Notes under the pieces: model-generated
What the model was told of the DNA's origin: nothing
The model's input: only the letters and a program-made list of their open reading frames with translations
Databases searched by the model: none
Shown: positions 28,526 through 42,785 of the stretch, piece by piece
Numbering within the stretch: the stretch's first letter is position 1
Layout of the letters: each line of letters opens with the position of its first letter
Made by a program: the position numbers and the translations under genes
Source of the DNA: the human T2T-CHM13v2.0 reference genome, Homo sapiens
Strand: one strand, 5' to 3'
Length of the DNA stretch: 64,000 nucleotides
Assembly: GCF_009914755.1 (NCBI RefSeq)
Contig: NC_060948.1

Positions 28526-31500
28526 GAAACGGAATGCAAAGGAATGGAATGGAATAGTATGGAATGGAATGGAAAGGAATGGAGTGGAATAGACTAGAGT
28601 GGAATGGAATGGACTGGAAAGCAATGGACTGGAATGGAACTTTCTTGAATGGACTGGAATCAAACGGAATGGAATGCAATGCAATCAAATGGCATGGAAT
28701 AAAATAGAATGAAAGAGAAACAAATGGAATTGAATCGAATGGAATCGAATGGATTGGAAAGGAATAGAATGGAATGGAATGGAATGGACTCAAATGGAAT
28801 GGACTAGAATGGAATGGATTCGAATGGAAGGCAAAGGAATGGAATCTATTGGAATGGACTGTAATGGAATGGAATGGAAGGGATTGGAATGGACTCGAAT
28901 GGAATGGACTGCAATAGAAAGGATTCGAATGGAATGAAAAAGAATTGAATGGAATAGAACAGAATGGAATCAAATCGAATGAAATGGAATGGAATAGAAA
29001 GGAATGGAATGAAATGGAATGGAAAGGATTCGAATGGAATGCAATCGAATGGAATGGAATCGAACGGAATGGAATAAAATGGAAGAAAACTGGCAAGAAA
29101 TGGAATCGAAATGAATGGAGTGTTATGGAACGGACTCAAAAGGAATTGAATGTAATAGAATGGAGTGGAGTGGACTCGAATATAATGGACTGGAATGGAA
29201 TGAAATCACATGGAATGGGAACGAATGGAATGGAATGGAAAGGAATGGAATCGAATGGAAAGGAATCGAATGGAAGGGAATGAAATTGAATCAACAGGAA
29301 TGGAAGGGAATAGAATAGACGGTAATGGAATGGACTCGAATAGAATGGACACGAATGCTCAAATTGAATGGACTCGAATGGAATGGAAACGAAAGGAATG
29401 TCATCGAATGGAATTGAATCGATTGGAATGAAATCGCATAGAATGGAGTGGAATCAAATGGAATTGAATCGAAAGGAAAGGAAGCGAATGGACTGAAATG
29501 AAATGGAATGGAATTGAATGGAAAGTAATGCAATGGAATAGAATGGAACGAAATTTCACGGAATGGAATCAAACTGAATGAAATCAAATCAATGGAATCA
29601 AATCAAATGGAATGGAAAGGAATTGAATGGAGTAGATTGGATTGGATGGGATTGGAATGAAATGTACTGGAAAGGACTCGAATTTCATGAAACGGAATGG
29701 AATGAATTGGAACGGAATGGACTCGAATGGAATGGAATGTCATGGAATGGCATCAAATGGAATGGCATCAAATGGAATGGAATCGAATGCAATGGAATGC
29801 TATGGAATGGAATGGAATGCATTGGAATGGAATGTCCTCTAATGGAATGGATTCGAGTGGAATGGAATCGAATATAATGGAGTCGAATGAAATGGAATTG
29901 AAAGGAATGGGATCGAATACAATGGAATATACTGGAATGTAATGTAATGAACTCGAATGTAATTGACTGGAATGGAATGTACATGAATGGAATGTAATCG
30001 AATGGAAAGTAATCCAATGGAATAGAATCTAATGCAATAAAATCGACTCAGATAGAGTAGAATGTAATGGAATGGAGTGCAGTGCAATGGAATGGAATGG
30101 AATGGAATGCAATGGAATGGAATGGAATGGAATGGAATGGAATGGAATGGAATGGAATGGGATGGAATGGGATGGAATGGATAGTAATGGACTGGAGTGA
30201 AATGGACTGGAAAGGAATGGACTCAAATTGAAAGGGCTCGAAAGGAATGGAGTCAAATGGAATGGTCTGGAATGGAATGAACACGAATGTAATGCAATCC
30301 AATAGAATGGAATCGAATGGCATGGAATATAAAGAAATGGAATCGGAGAGAATGGAAACAAATGGAATGGAATTGAATGGAATGGAATTGAATGGAATGG
30401 GAACGAATGGAGTGAAATTGTATGCAGTAGAAGGGAATAGAATGGAATGCAAGCGAAAGGAAAGGAATGGATTGGAATGGAATGGAATTCATTGGAATGG
30501 AAGGGAATGTAGTGTAATGGACAGGCCTGGAATAAAGTGGAATGCTACGGTCTCGAATGGAATAAAAATGTATGGAATGGAATGCAATGAAAAGGAATCG
30601 AATGTCATAGAATGTAATGGAATGCAACAAAATGGAATCCAAAATCATTGACTGGAAAGGCTGGGTGTCGAAAGGAATTGACTCCAATGGAATGGAATCG
30701 AATGGAATGGAAGTGAATAGAATCGAACTAAATCGAATGGAATGGAATTGATAGGAACGGAATGGAAAGGAATGCAATGATTTGGCATGGAATGGAATCG
30801 AATGGCATCGAATGGAATGGAATGGAATGCAATGGAATGGAATGTATTAGAATGTAATGAACTTTAATGGAATGTACTCGAATGGATTCGACTGGAATGG
30901 AATGTTCTGGAAGTGAATGGACTCCAATGGAATGGATTCCAAAGGAATGGAATCGTACGGAATGGAATCTAATGGAATGGAATTAAATGGAAATGAATCA
31001 AATTGAATAGCACGGAATTGAATTGAATGGAATGGAATGCAATGGAATCTAACGAAACGGAAAGGAAAGGAATGCAATGGAATGGAATGGGCTGGAATGG
31101 AAAGGAATCGAAACGAATGGAATGGAATCGAACTGAAGAGACTGGAATGGAATGCACTGGAATGGAAGGGAGTGTAATGGAAGGTTCTCGAAAAAAATTG
31201 AATCGAATGGAATGGAATTGAATGGAACGGAATAGAGTCGAATGGAATTGAATGGGATGGAATGGACTAGAGTGAAATGGAATCGAACCACAAGGAATGG
31301 ACAGGAATAGAATGGTCTCGAATTGAATGGAATCGTATGGAATGGCATCAAACGGAATGGAATGGACAGCCACGGAATGGAATGCACTCGAATGCAATGG
31401 AGTCGAAACTAATGGACTGGAATAGAATGGACTCGACTGGTACGGACTCCAATGGAATGGAATCGAATGGAAGGGAATTGAACGGAATGGACTCGAAGGG

Positions 31501-32094
31501 ACAAGACTGCAATGGAAAGGTCTCGAATGGAATGGAAATTAATGGAATGGAATGGAATCGAATGAAATGGAGTCAAAAGGAATGGAATCGAATGGCAAGA
31601 AATCGAATGTAATGGAATCGCAAGGAATTGATGTGAACGGAACGGAATGGAATGGAATCCAAAGGAATGGAATAGAATGGAATGGAATCGAATGGAAAGG
31701 ACTCGAATGGAAATCACTCGAATAGAATGCAATTTAATAAAATAGGATCAAATGTAATGGAATGGAATGGAAAGGAATCGAAACGAAAGGAATGGAGACA
31801 GATGGAATGGAATGGAACAGAGAGCAATGGTATAGAATGGAATGGAATCATCTGGAATGGAATTGAATGGAATGGAATAATATGAAATGGAATGGAATGG
31901 AATGGAATGGAATGCCCTTGAATTAAATGGACTGGAATGGAATGGACTCGAACAGAGTGGAATGGAAAGTGTTGAGATAGAATGGAATGGACTCCTTTGG
32001 AATGGTCTAGTATGCAATGCAATCGACTGGTAGGGAATCAAAAGGAATGTAATCGAATGGATTGGACTGGAATGCAATGGACTCGAATAGATTG
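28526..32094 (+). repeat. Unit 9 (3569 bp)
   Basis: Landmark spacing 28749 to 32318. Confidence 0.92.
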
Positions 32095-35000
32095 GAAACG
32101 GAATGCAAAGGAATGGAATGGAATAGTATGGAATGGAATGGAAAGGAATGGAGTGGAATAGACTAGAGTGGAATGGAATGGACTGGAAAGCAATGGACTG
32201 GAATGGAACTTTCTTGAATGGACTGGAATCAAACGGAATGGAATGCAATGCAATCAAATGGCATGGAATAAAATAGAATGAAAGAGAATCAAATGGAATT
32301 GAATCGAATGGAATCGAATGGATTGGAAAGGAATAGAATGGAATGGAATGGAATGGACTCAAATGGAATGGACTAGAATGGAATGGATTCGAATGGAAGG
32401 CAAAGGAATGGAATCTATTGGAATGGACTGTAATGGAATGGAATGGAAGGGATTGGAATGGACTCGAATGGAATGGACTGCAATAGAAAGGATTCGAATG
32501 GAATGAAAAAGAATTGAATGGAATAGAACAGAATGGAATCAAATCGAATGAAATGGAATGGAATAGAAAGGAATGGAATGAAATGGAATGGAAAGGATTC
32601 GAATGGAATGCAATCGAATGGAATGGAATCGAACGGAATGGAATAAAATGGAAGAAAACTGGCAAGAAATGGAATCGAAATGAATGGAGTGTTATGGAAC
32701 GGACTCAAAAGGAATTGAATGTAATAGAATGGAGTGGAGTGGACTCGAATATAATGGACTGGAATGGAATGAAATCACATGGAATGGGAACGAATGGAAT
32801 GGAATGGAAAGGAATGGAATCGAATGGAAAGGAATCGAATGGAAGGGAATGAAATTGAATCAACAGGAATGGAAGGGAATAGAATAGACGGTAATGGAAT
32901 GGACTCGAATAGAATGGACACGAATGCTCAAATTGAATGGACTCGAATGGAATGGAAACGAAAGGAATGTCATCGAATGGAATTGAATCGATTGGAATGA
33001 AATCGCATAGAATGGAGTGGAATCAAATGGAATTGAATCGAAAGGAAAGGAAGCGAATGGACTGAAATGAAATGGAATGGAATTGAATGGAAAGTAATGC
33101 AATGGAATAGAATGGAACGAAATTTCACGGAATGGAATCAAACTGAATGGAATCAAATCAATGGAATCAAATCAAATGGAATGGAAAGGAATTGAATGGA
33201 GTAGATTGGATTGGATGGGATTGGAATGAAATGTACTGAAAAGGACTCGAATTTCATCAAACGGAATGGAATGAATTGGAACGGAATGGACTCGAATGGA
33301 ATGGAATGTCATGGAATGGCATCAAATGGAATGGCATCAAATGGAATGGAATCGAATGCAATGGAATGCTATGGAATGGAATGGAATGCATTGGAATGGA
33401 ATGTCCTCTAATGGAATGGATTCGAGTGGAATGGAATCGAATATAATGGAGTCGAATGAAATGGAATTGAAAGGAATGGGATCGAATACAATGGAATATA
33501 CTGGAATGTAATGTAATGAACTCGAATGTAATTGACTGGAATGGAATGTACATGAATGGAATGTAATCGAATGGAAAGTAATCCAATGGAATAGAATCTA
33601 ATGCAATAAAATCGACTCAGATAGAGTAGAATGTAATGGAATGGAGTGCAGTGCAATGGAATGGAATGGAATGGAATGCAATGGAATGGAATGGAATGGA
33701 ATGGAATGGAATGGAATGGAATGGAATGGGATGGAATTGTATGGAATGGATAGTAATGGACTGGAGTGAAATGGACTGGAAAGGAATGGACTCAAATTGA
33801 AAGGGCTCGAAAGGAATGGAGTCAAATGGAATGGTCTGGAATGGAATGAACACGAATGTAATGCAATCCAATAGAATGGAATCGAATGGCATGGAATATA
33901 AAGAAATGGAATCGGAGAGAATGGAAACAAATGGAATGGAATTGAATGGAATGGAATTGAATGGAATGGGAACGAATGGAGTGAAATTGTATGCAGTAGA
34001 AGGGAATAGAATGGAATGCAAGCGAAAGGAAAGGAATGGATTGGAATGGAATGGAATTCATTGGAATGGAAGGGAATGTAGTGTAATGGACAGGCCTGGA
34101 ATAAAGTGGAATGCTACGGTCTCGAATGGAATAAAAATGTATGGAATGGAATGCAATGAAATGGAATCGAATGTCATAGAATGTAATGGAATGCAAAAAA
34201 TGGAATCCAAAATCATTGACTGGAAAGGCTGGGTGTCGAAAGGAATTGACTCCAATGGAATGGAATCGAATGGAATGGAAGTGAATAGAATCGAACTAAA
34301 TCGAATGGAATGGAATTGATAGGAACGGAATGGAAAGGAATGCAATGATTTGGCATGGAATGGAATCGAATGGCATCGAATGGAATGGAATGGAATGCAA
34401 TGGAATGGAATGTATTAGAATGTAATGAACTTTAATGGAATGTACTCGAATGGATTCGACTGGAATGGAATGTTCTGGAAGTGAATGGACTCCAATGGAA
34501 TGGATTCCAAAGGAATGGAATCGTACGGAATGGAATCTAATGGAATGGAATTAAATGGAAATGAATCAAATTGAATAGCACGGAATTGAATTGAATGGAA
34601 TGGAATGCAATGGAATCTAATGAAACGGAAAGGAAAGGAATGGAATGGAATGGAATGGGCTGGAATGGAAAGGAATCGAAACGAATGGAATGGAATCGAA
34701 CTGAAGAGACTGGAATGGAATGCACTGGAATGGAAGGGAGTGTAATGGAAGGTTCTCGAAAAAAATGGAATCGAATGGAATGGAATTGAATGGAACGGAA
34801 TAGAGTCGAATGGAATTGAATGGAATGGAATGGACTAGAGTGAAATGGAATCGAACCACAAGGAATGGACAGGAATAGAATGGTCTCGAATTGAATGGAA
34901 TCGTATGGAATGGCATCAAACGGAATGGAATGGACAGCCACGGAATGGAATGCACTCGAATGCAATGGAGTCGAAACTAATGGACTGGAATAGAATGGAC

Positions 35001-35662
35001 TCGACTGGTACGGACTCCAATGGAATGGAATCGAATGGAAGGGAATCGAACGGAATGGACTCGAAGGGAAAAGACTGCAATGGAAAGGTCTCGAATGGAA
35101 TGGAAATTAATGGAATGGAATGGAATCGAATGAAATGGAGTCAAAAGGAATGGAATCGAATGGCAAGAAATCGAATGTAATGGAATCGCAAGGAATTGAT
35201 GTGAACGGAACGGAATGGAATGGAATCCAAAGGAATGGAATAGAATGGAATGGAATCGAATGGAAAGGACTCGAATGGAAATCACTCGAATAGAATGCAA
35301 TTTAATAAAATAGGATCAAATGTAATGGAATGGAATGGAAAGGAATCGAAACGAAAGGAATGGAGACAGATGGAATGGAATGGAACAGAGAGCAATGGTA
35401 TAGAATGGAACGGAATCATCTGGAATGGAATTGAATGGAATGGAATAATATGAAATGGAATGGAATGGAATGGAATGGAATGCCCTTGAATTAAATGGAC
35501 TGGAATGGAATGGACTCGAACAGAGTGGAATGGAAAGTGTTGAGATAGAATGGAATGGACTCCTTTGGAATGGTCTAGTATGCAATGCAATCGACTGGCA
35601 GGGAATCAAAAGGAATGTAATCGAATGGATTGGACTGGAATGCAATGGACTCGAATAGATTG
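32095..35662 (+). repeat. Unit 10 (3568 bp; 1-bp A-run deletion)
   Basis: Landmark spacing 32318 to 35886. A6 at 34195-34200. Confidence 0.92.
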
Positions 35663-38600
35663 GAAACGGAATGCAAAGGAATGGAATGGAATAGTATGGA
35701 ATGGAATGGAAAGGAATGGAGTGGAATAGACTAGAGTGGAATGGAATGGACTGGAAAGCAATGGACTGGAATGGAACTTTCTTGAATGGACTGGAATCAA
35801 ACGGAATGGAATGCAATGCAATCAAATGGCATGGAATAAAATAGAATGAAAGAGAATCAAATGGAATTGAATCGAATGGAATCGAATGGATTGGAAAGGA
35901 ATAGAATGGAATGGAATGGAATTGACTCAAATGGAATGGACTAGAATGGAATGGATTCGAATGGAAGGCAAAGGAATGGAATCTATTGGAATGGACTGTA
36001 ATGGAATGGAATGGAAGGGATTGGAATGGACTCGAATGGAATGGACTGCAATAGAAAGGATTCGAATGGAATGAAAAAGAATTGAATGGAATAGAACAGA
36101 ATGGAATCAAATCGAATGAAATGGAATGGAATAGAAAGGAATGGAATGAAATGGAATGGAAAGGATTCGAATGGAATGCAATCGAATGGAATGGAATCGA
36201 ACGGAATGGAATAAAATGGAAGAAAACTGGCAAGAAATGGAATCGAAATGAATGGAGTGTTATGGAACGGACTCAAAAGGAATTGAATGTAATAGAATGG
36301 AGTGGAGTGGACTCGAATATAATGGACTGGAATGGAATGAAATCACATGGAATGGGAACGAATGGAATGGAATGGAAAGGAATGGAATCGAATGGAAAGG
36401 AATCGAATGGAAGGGAATGAAATTGAATCAACAGGAATGGAAGGGAATAGAATAGACGGTAATGGAATGGACTCGAATAGAATGGACACGAATGCTCAAA
36501 TTGAATGGACTCGAATGGAATGGAAACGAAAGGAATGTCATCGAATGGAATTGAATCGATTGGAATGAAATCGCATAGAATGGAGTGGAATCAAATGGAA
36601 TTGAATCGAAAGGAAAGGAAGCGAATGGACTGAAATGAAATGGAATGGAATTGAATGGAAAGTAATGCAATGGAATAGAATGGAACGAAATTTCACGGAA
36701 TGGAATCAAACTGAATGGAATCAAATCAATGGAATCTAATCAAATGGAATGGAAAGGAATTGAATGGAGTAGATTGGATTGGATGGGATTGGAATGAAAT
36801 GTACTGGAAAGGACTCGAATTTCATGAAACGGAATGGAATGAATTGGAACGGAACGGACTCGAATGGAATGGAATGTCATGGAATGGCATCAAATGGAAT
36901 GGCATCAAATGGAATGGAATCGAATGCAATGGAATGTTACGGAATGGAATGGAATGCATTGGAATGGAATGTCCTCTAATGGAATGGATTCGAGTGGAAT
37001 GGAATCGAATATAATGGAGTCGAATGAAATGGAATTGAAAGGAATGGGATCGAATAGAATGGAATATACTGGAATGTAATGTAATGAACTCGAATGTAAT
37101 TGACTGGAATGGAATGTACATGAATGGAAGGTAATCGAATGGAAAGTAATCCAATGGAATAGAATCTAATGCAATAAAATCGACTCAGATAGAGTAGAAT
37201 GTAATGGAATGGAGTGCAGTGCAATGGAATGGAATGGAATTGAATGCAATGGAATGGAATGGAATGGAATGGAATGGAATGGAATGGAATGGGATGGAAT
37301 GGTATGGAATGGATAGTAATGGACTGGAGTGAAATGGACTGGAAAGGAATGGACTCAAATTGAAAGGGCTCGAAAGGAATGGAGTCAAATGGAATGGTCT
37401 GGAATGGAATGAACACGAATGTAATGCAATCCAATAGAATGGAATCGAATGGCATGGAATATAAAGAAATGGATTCGAAGAGAATGGAAACAAATGGAAT
37501 GGAATTGAATGGAATGGAATTGAATGGAATGGGAACGAATGGAGTGAAATTGTATGCAGTAGAAGGGAATAGAATGGAATGCAAGCGAAAGGAAAGGAAT
37601 GGATTGGAATGGAATGGAATTCATTGGAATGGAAGGGAATGTAGTGTAATGGACAGGCCTGGAATAAAGTGGAATGCTACGGTCTCGAATGGAATAAAAA
37701 TGTATGGAATGGAATACAAAGAAACGGAATCGAATGTCATAGAATGTAATGGAATGCAACAAAATGGAATCCAAAATCATTGACTGGAAAGGCTGGGTGT
37801 CGAAAGGAATTGACTCCAATGGAATGGAATCGAATGGAATGGAAGTGAATAGAATCGAACTAAATCGAATGGAATGGAATTGATAGGAACGGAATGGAGA
37901 GGAATGCAATGATTTGGCATGGAATGCAATCGAATGGCATCGAATGGAATGGAATGGAATGCAATGGAATGGAATGTATTAGAATGTAATGAACTTTAAT
38001 GGAATGTACTCGAATGGATTCGACTGGAATGGAATGTTCTGGAAGTGAATGGACTCCAATGGAATGGATTCAAAAGGAATGGAATCGTACGGAATGGAAT
38101 CTAATGGAATGGAATTAAATGGAAATGAATCAAATTGAATAGCACGGAATTGAATTGAATGGAATGGAATGCAATGGAATCTAATGAAACGGAAAGGAAA
38201 GGAATGGAATGGAATGGAATGGGCTGGAATGGAAAGGAATCGAAACGAATGGAATGGAATCGAACTGAAGAGACTGGAATGGAATGCAATGGAATGGAAT
38301 GCACTGGAATGGAAGGGAGTGTAATGGAAGGTTCTCGAAAAAAATGGAATCGAATGGAATGGAATTGAATGGAACGGAATAGAGTCGAATGGAATTGAAT
38401 GGAATGGAATGGACTAGAGTGAAATGGAATCAAACCACAAGGAATGGAGAGGAATAGAATGGTCTCGAATTGAATGGAATCGTATGGAATGGCATCAAAC
38501 GGAATGGAATGGACAGCCACGGAATGGAATGCACTCGAATGCAATGGAGTCGAAACTAATGGACTGGAATAGAATGGACTCGACTGGTACGGACTCCAAT

Positions 38601-39241
38601 GCAATGGAATCGAATGGAAGGGAATCGAACGGAATGGACTCGAAGGGAAAAGACTGCAATGGAAAGGTCTCGAATGGAATGGAAATTAATGGAATGGAAT
38701 GGAATGGAATGAAATGGAGTCAAAAGGAATGGAATCGAATGGCAAGAAATCGAATGTAATGGAATCGCAAGGAATTGATGTGAACGGAACGGAATGGAAT
38801 GGAATCCAAAGGAATGGAATAGAATGGAATGGAATCGAATGGAAAGGACTCGAATGGAAATCACTCGAATAGAATGCAATTTAATAAAATAGGATCAAAT
38901 GTAATGGAATGGAATGGAAAGGAATCGAAACGAAAGGAATGGAGACAGATGGAATGGAATAGAACAGAGAGCAATGGTATAGAATGGAATGGAATCATCT
39001 GGAATGGAATCATCTGGAATGGAATAATATGAAATGGAATGGAATGGAATGGAATGGAATGCCCTTGAATTAAATGGACTGGAATGGAATGGACTCGAAC
39101 AGAGTGGAATGGAAAGTGTTGAGATAGAATGGAATGGACTCCTTTGGAATGGTGTAGTATGCAATGCAATCGACTGGCAGGGAATCAAAAGGAATGTAAT
39201 GGAATGGACTGGACTGGAATGCAATGGACTCGAATAGATTG
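35663..39241 (+). repeat. Unit 11 (3579 bp; 15-bp insertion)
   Basis: Landmark spacing 35886 to 39465. Extra GCAATGGAATGGAAT at 38286-38300. Confidence 0.92.
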
Positions 39242-42200
39242 GAAACGGAATGCAAAGAAATGGAATGGAATAGTATGGAATGGAATGGAAAGGAATGGAG
39301 TGGAATAGACTAGAGTGGAATGGAATGGACTGGAAAGCAATGGACTGGAATGGAACTTTCTTGAATGGACTGGAATCAAACGGAATGGAATGCAATGCAA
39401 TCAAATGGCATGGAATAAAATAGAATGAAAGAGAATCAAATGGAATTGAATCGAATGGAATCGAATGGATTGGAAAGGAATAGAATGGAATGGAATGGAA
39501 TGGACTCAAATGGAATGGACTAGAATGGAATGGATTCGAATGGAAGGCAAAGGAATGGAATCTATTGGAATGGACTGTAATGGAATGGAATGGAAGGGAT
39601 TGGAATGGACTCGAATGGAATGGACTGCAATAGAAAGGATTCGAATGGAATGAAAAAGAATTGAATGGAATAGAACAGAATGGAATCAAATCGAATGAAA
39701 TGGAATGGAATAGAAAGGAATGGAATGAAATGGAATGGAAAGGATTCGAATGGAATGCAATCGAATGGAATGGAATCGAACGGAATGGAATAAAATGGAA
39801 GAAAACTGGCAAGAAATGGAATCGAAATGAATGGAGTGTTATGGAACGGACTCAAAAGGAATTGAATGTAATAGAATGGAGTGGAGTGGACTCGAATATA
39901 ATGGACTGGAATGGAATGAAATCACATGGAATGGGAACGAATGGAATGGAATGGAAAGGAATGGAATCGAATGGAAAGGAATCGAATGGAAGGGAATGAA
40001 ATTGAATCAACAGGAATGGAAGGGAATAGAATAGACGGTAATGGAATGGACTCGAATAGAATGGACACGAATGCTCAAATTAAATGGACTCGAATGGAAT
40101 GGAAACGAAAGGAATGTCATCGAATGGAATTGAATCGATTGGAATGAAATCGCATAGAATGGAGTGGAATCAAATGGAATTGAATCGAAAGGAAAGGAAG
40201 CGAATGGACTGAAATGAAATGGAATGGAATTGAATGGAAAGTAATGCAATGGAATAGAATGGAACGAAATTTCACGGAATGGAATCAAACTGAATGGAAT
40301 CAAATCAATGGAATCAAATCAAATGGAATGGAAAGGAATTGAATGGAGTAGATTGGATTGGATGGGATTGGAATGAAATGTACTGGAAAGGACTCGAATT
40401 TCATGAAACGGAATGGAATGAATTGGAACGGAATGGACTCGAATGGAATGGAATGTCATGGAATGGCATCAAATGGAACGGCATCAAATGGAATAGAATC
40501 GAATGCAATGGAATGCTATGGAATGGAATGGAATGCATTGGAATGGAATGTCCTCTAATGGAATGGATTCGAGTGGAATGGAATCGAATATAATGGAGTC
40601 GAATGAAATGGAATTGAAAGGAATGGGATCGAATACAATGGAATATACTGGAATGTAACGTAATGAACTCGAATGTAATTGACTGGAATGGAATGTACAT
40701 GAATGGAATGTAATCGAATGGAAAGTAATCCAATGGAATAGAATCTAATGCAATAAAATCGACTCAGATAGAGTAGAATGTAATGGAATGGAGTTCAGTG
40801 CAATGGAATGGAATGGAATGGAATGCAATTGAATGGAATGGAATGGAATGGAATGGAATGGAATGGGATGGAATGGTATGGAATGGATAGTAATGGACTG
40901 GAGTGAAATGGACTGGAAAGGAATGGACTCAAATTGAAAGGGCTCGAAAGGAATGGAGTCAAATGGAATGGTCTGGAATGGAATGAACACGAATGTAATG
41001 CAATCCAATAGAATGGAATCGAATGGCATGGAATATAAAGAAATGGAATCGAAGAGAATGGAAACAAATGGAATGGAATTGAATGGAATGGGAACGAATG
41101 GAGTGAAATTGTATGCAGTAGAAGGGAATAGAATGGAATGCAAGCGAAAGGAAAGGAATGGATTGGAATGGAATGGAATTCATTGGAATGGAAGGGAATG
41201 TAGTGTAATGGACAGGCCTGGAATAAAGTGGAATGCTACGGTCTCGAATGGAATAAAAATGTATGGAATGGAATGCAATGAAACGGAATCGAATGTCATA
41301 GAATGTAATGGAATGCAAAAAAATGGAATCCAAAATCATTGACTGGAAAGGCTGGGTGTCGAAAGGAATTGACTCCAATGGAATGGAATCGAATGGAATG
41401 GAAGTGAATAGAATCGAACTAAATCGAATGGAATGGAATTGATAGGAACGGAATGGAAAGGAATGCAATGATTTGGCATGGAATGGAATCGAATGGCATC
41501 GAATGGAATGGAATGGAATGCAATGGAATGGAATGTATTAGAATGTAATGAACTTTAATGGAATGTACTCGAATGGATTCGACTGGAATGGAATGTTCTG
41601 GAAGTGAATGGACTCCAATGGAATGGATTCAAAAGGAATGGAATCGTACGGAATGGAATCTAATGGAATGGAATTAAATGGAAATGAATCAAATTGAATA
41701 GCACGGAATTGAATTGAATGGAATGGAATGCAATGGAATCTAATGAAACGGAAAGGAAAGGAATGGAATGGAATGGAATGGACTGGAATGGAAAGGAATC
41801 GAAACGAATGGAATGGAATCGAACTGAAGAGACTGGAATGGAATGCACTGGAATGGAAGGGAGTGTAATGGAAGGTTCTCGAAAAAAATGGAATCGAATG
41901 GAATGGAATTGAATGGAACGGAATAGAGTCGAATGGAATTGAATGGAATGGAATGGACTAGAGTGAAATGGAATCGAACCACAAGGAATGGACAGGAATA
42001 GAATGGTCTCGAATTGAATGGAATCGTATGGAATGGCATCAAACGGAATGGAATGGACAGCCACGGAATGGAATGCACTCGAATGCAATGGAGTCGAAAC
42101 TAATGGACTGGAATAGAATGGACTCGACTGGTACGGACTCCAATGGAATGGAATCGAATGGAAGGGAATCGAACGGAATGGACTCGAAGGGAAAAGACTG

Positions 42201-42785
42201 CAATGGAAAGGTCTCGAATGGAATGGAAATTAATGGAATGGAATGGAATCGAATGAAATGGAGTCAAAAGGAATGGAATCGAATGGCAACAAATCGAATG
42301 TAATGGAATCACAAGGAATTGATGTGAACGGAACGGAATGGAATGGAATCCAAAGGAATGGAATAGAATGGAATGGAATCGAATGGAAAGGACTCGAATG
42401 GAAATCACTCGAATAGAATGCAATTTAATAAAATAGGATCAAATGTAATGGAATGGAATGAAAAGGAATCGAAACGAAAGGAATGGAGACAGATGGAATG
42501 GAATGGAACAGAGAGCAATGGTATAGAATGGAATGGAATCATCTGGAATGGAATTGAATGGAATGGAATAATATGAAATGGAATGGAATGGAATGGAATG
42601 GAATGCCCTTGAATTAAATGGACTGGAATGGAATGGACTCGAACAGAGTGGAATGGAAAGTGTTGAGATAGAATGGAATGGACTCCTTTGGAATGGTGTA
42701 GTATGCAATGCAATCGACTGGCAGGGAATCAAAAGGAATGTAATCGAATGGATTGGACTGGAATGCAATGGACTCGAATAGATTG
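39242..42785 (+). repeat. Unit 12 (3544 bp; 15-bp deletion)
   Basis: Landmark spacing 39465 to 43009. One GGAATGGAATTGAAT copy is missing near 41080. Confidence 0.92.
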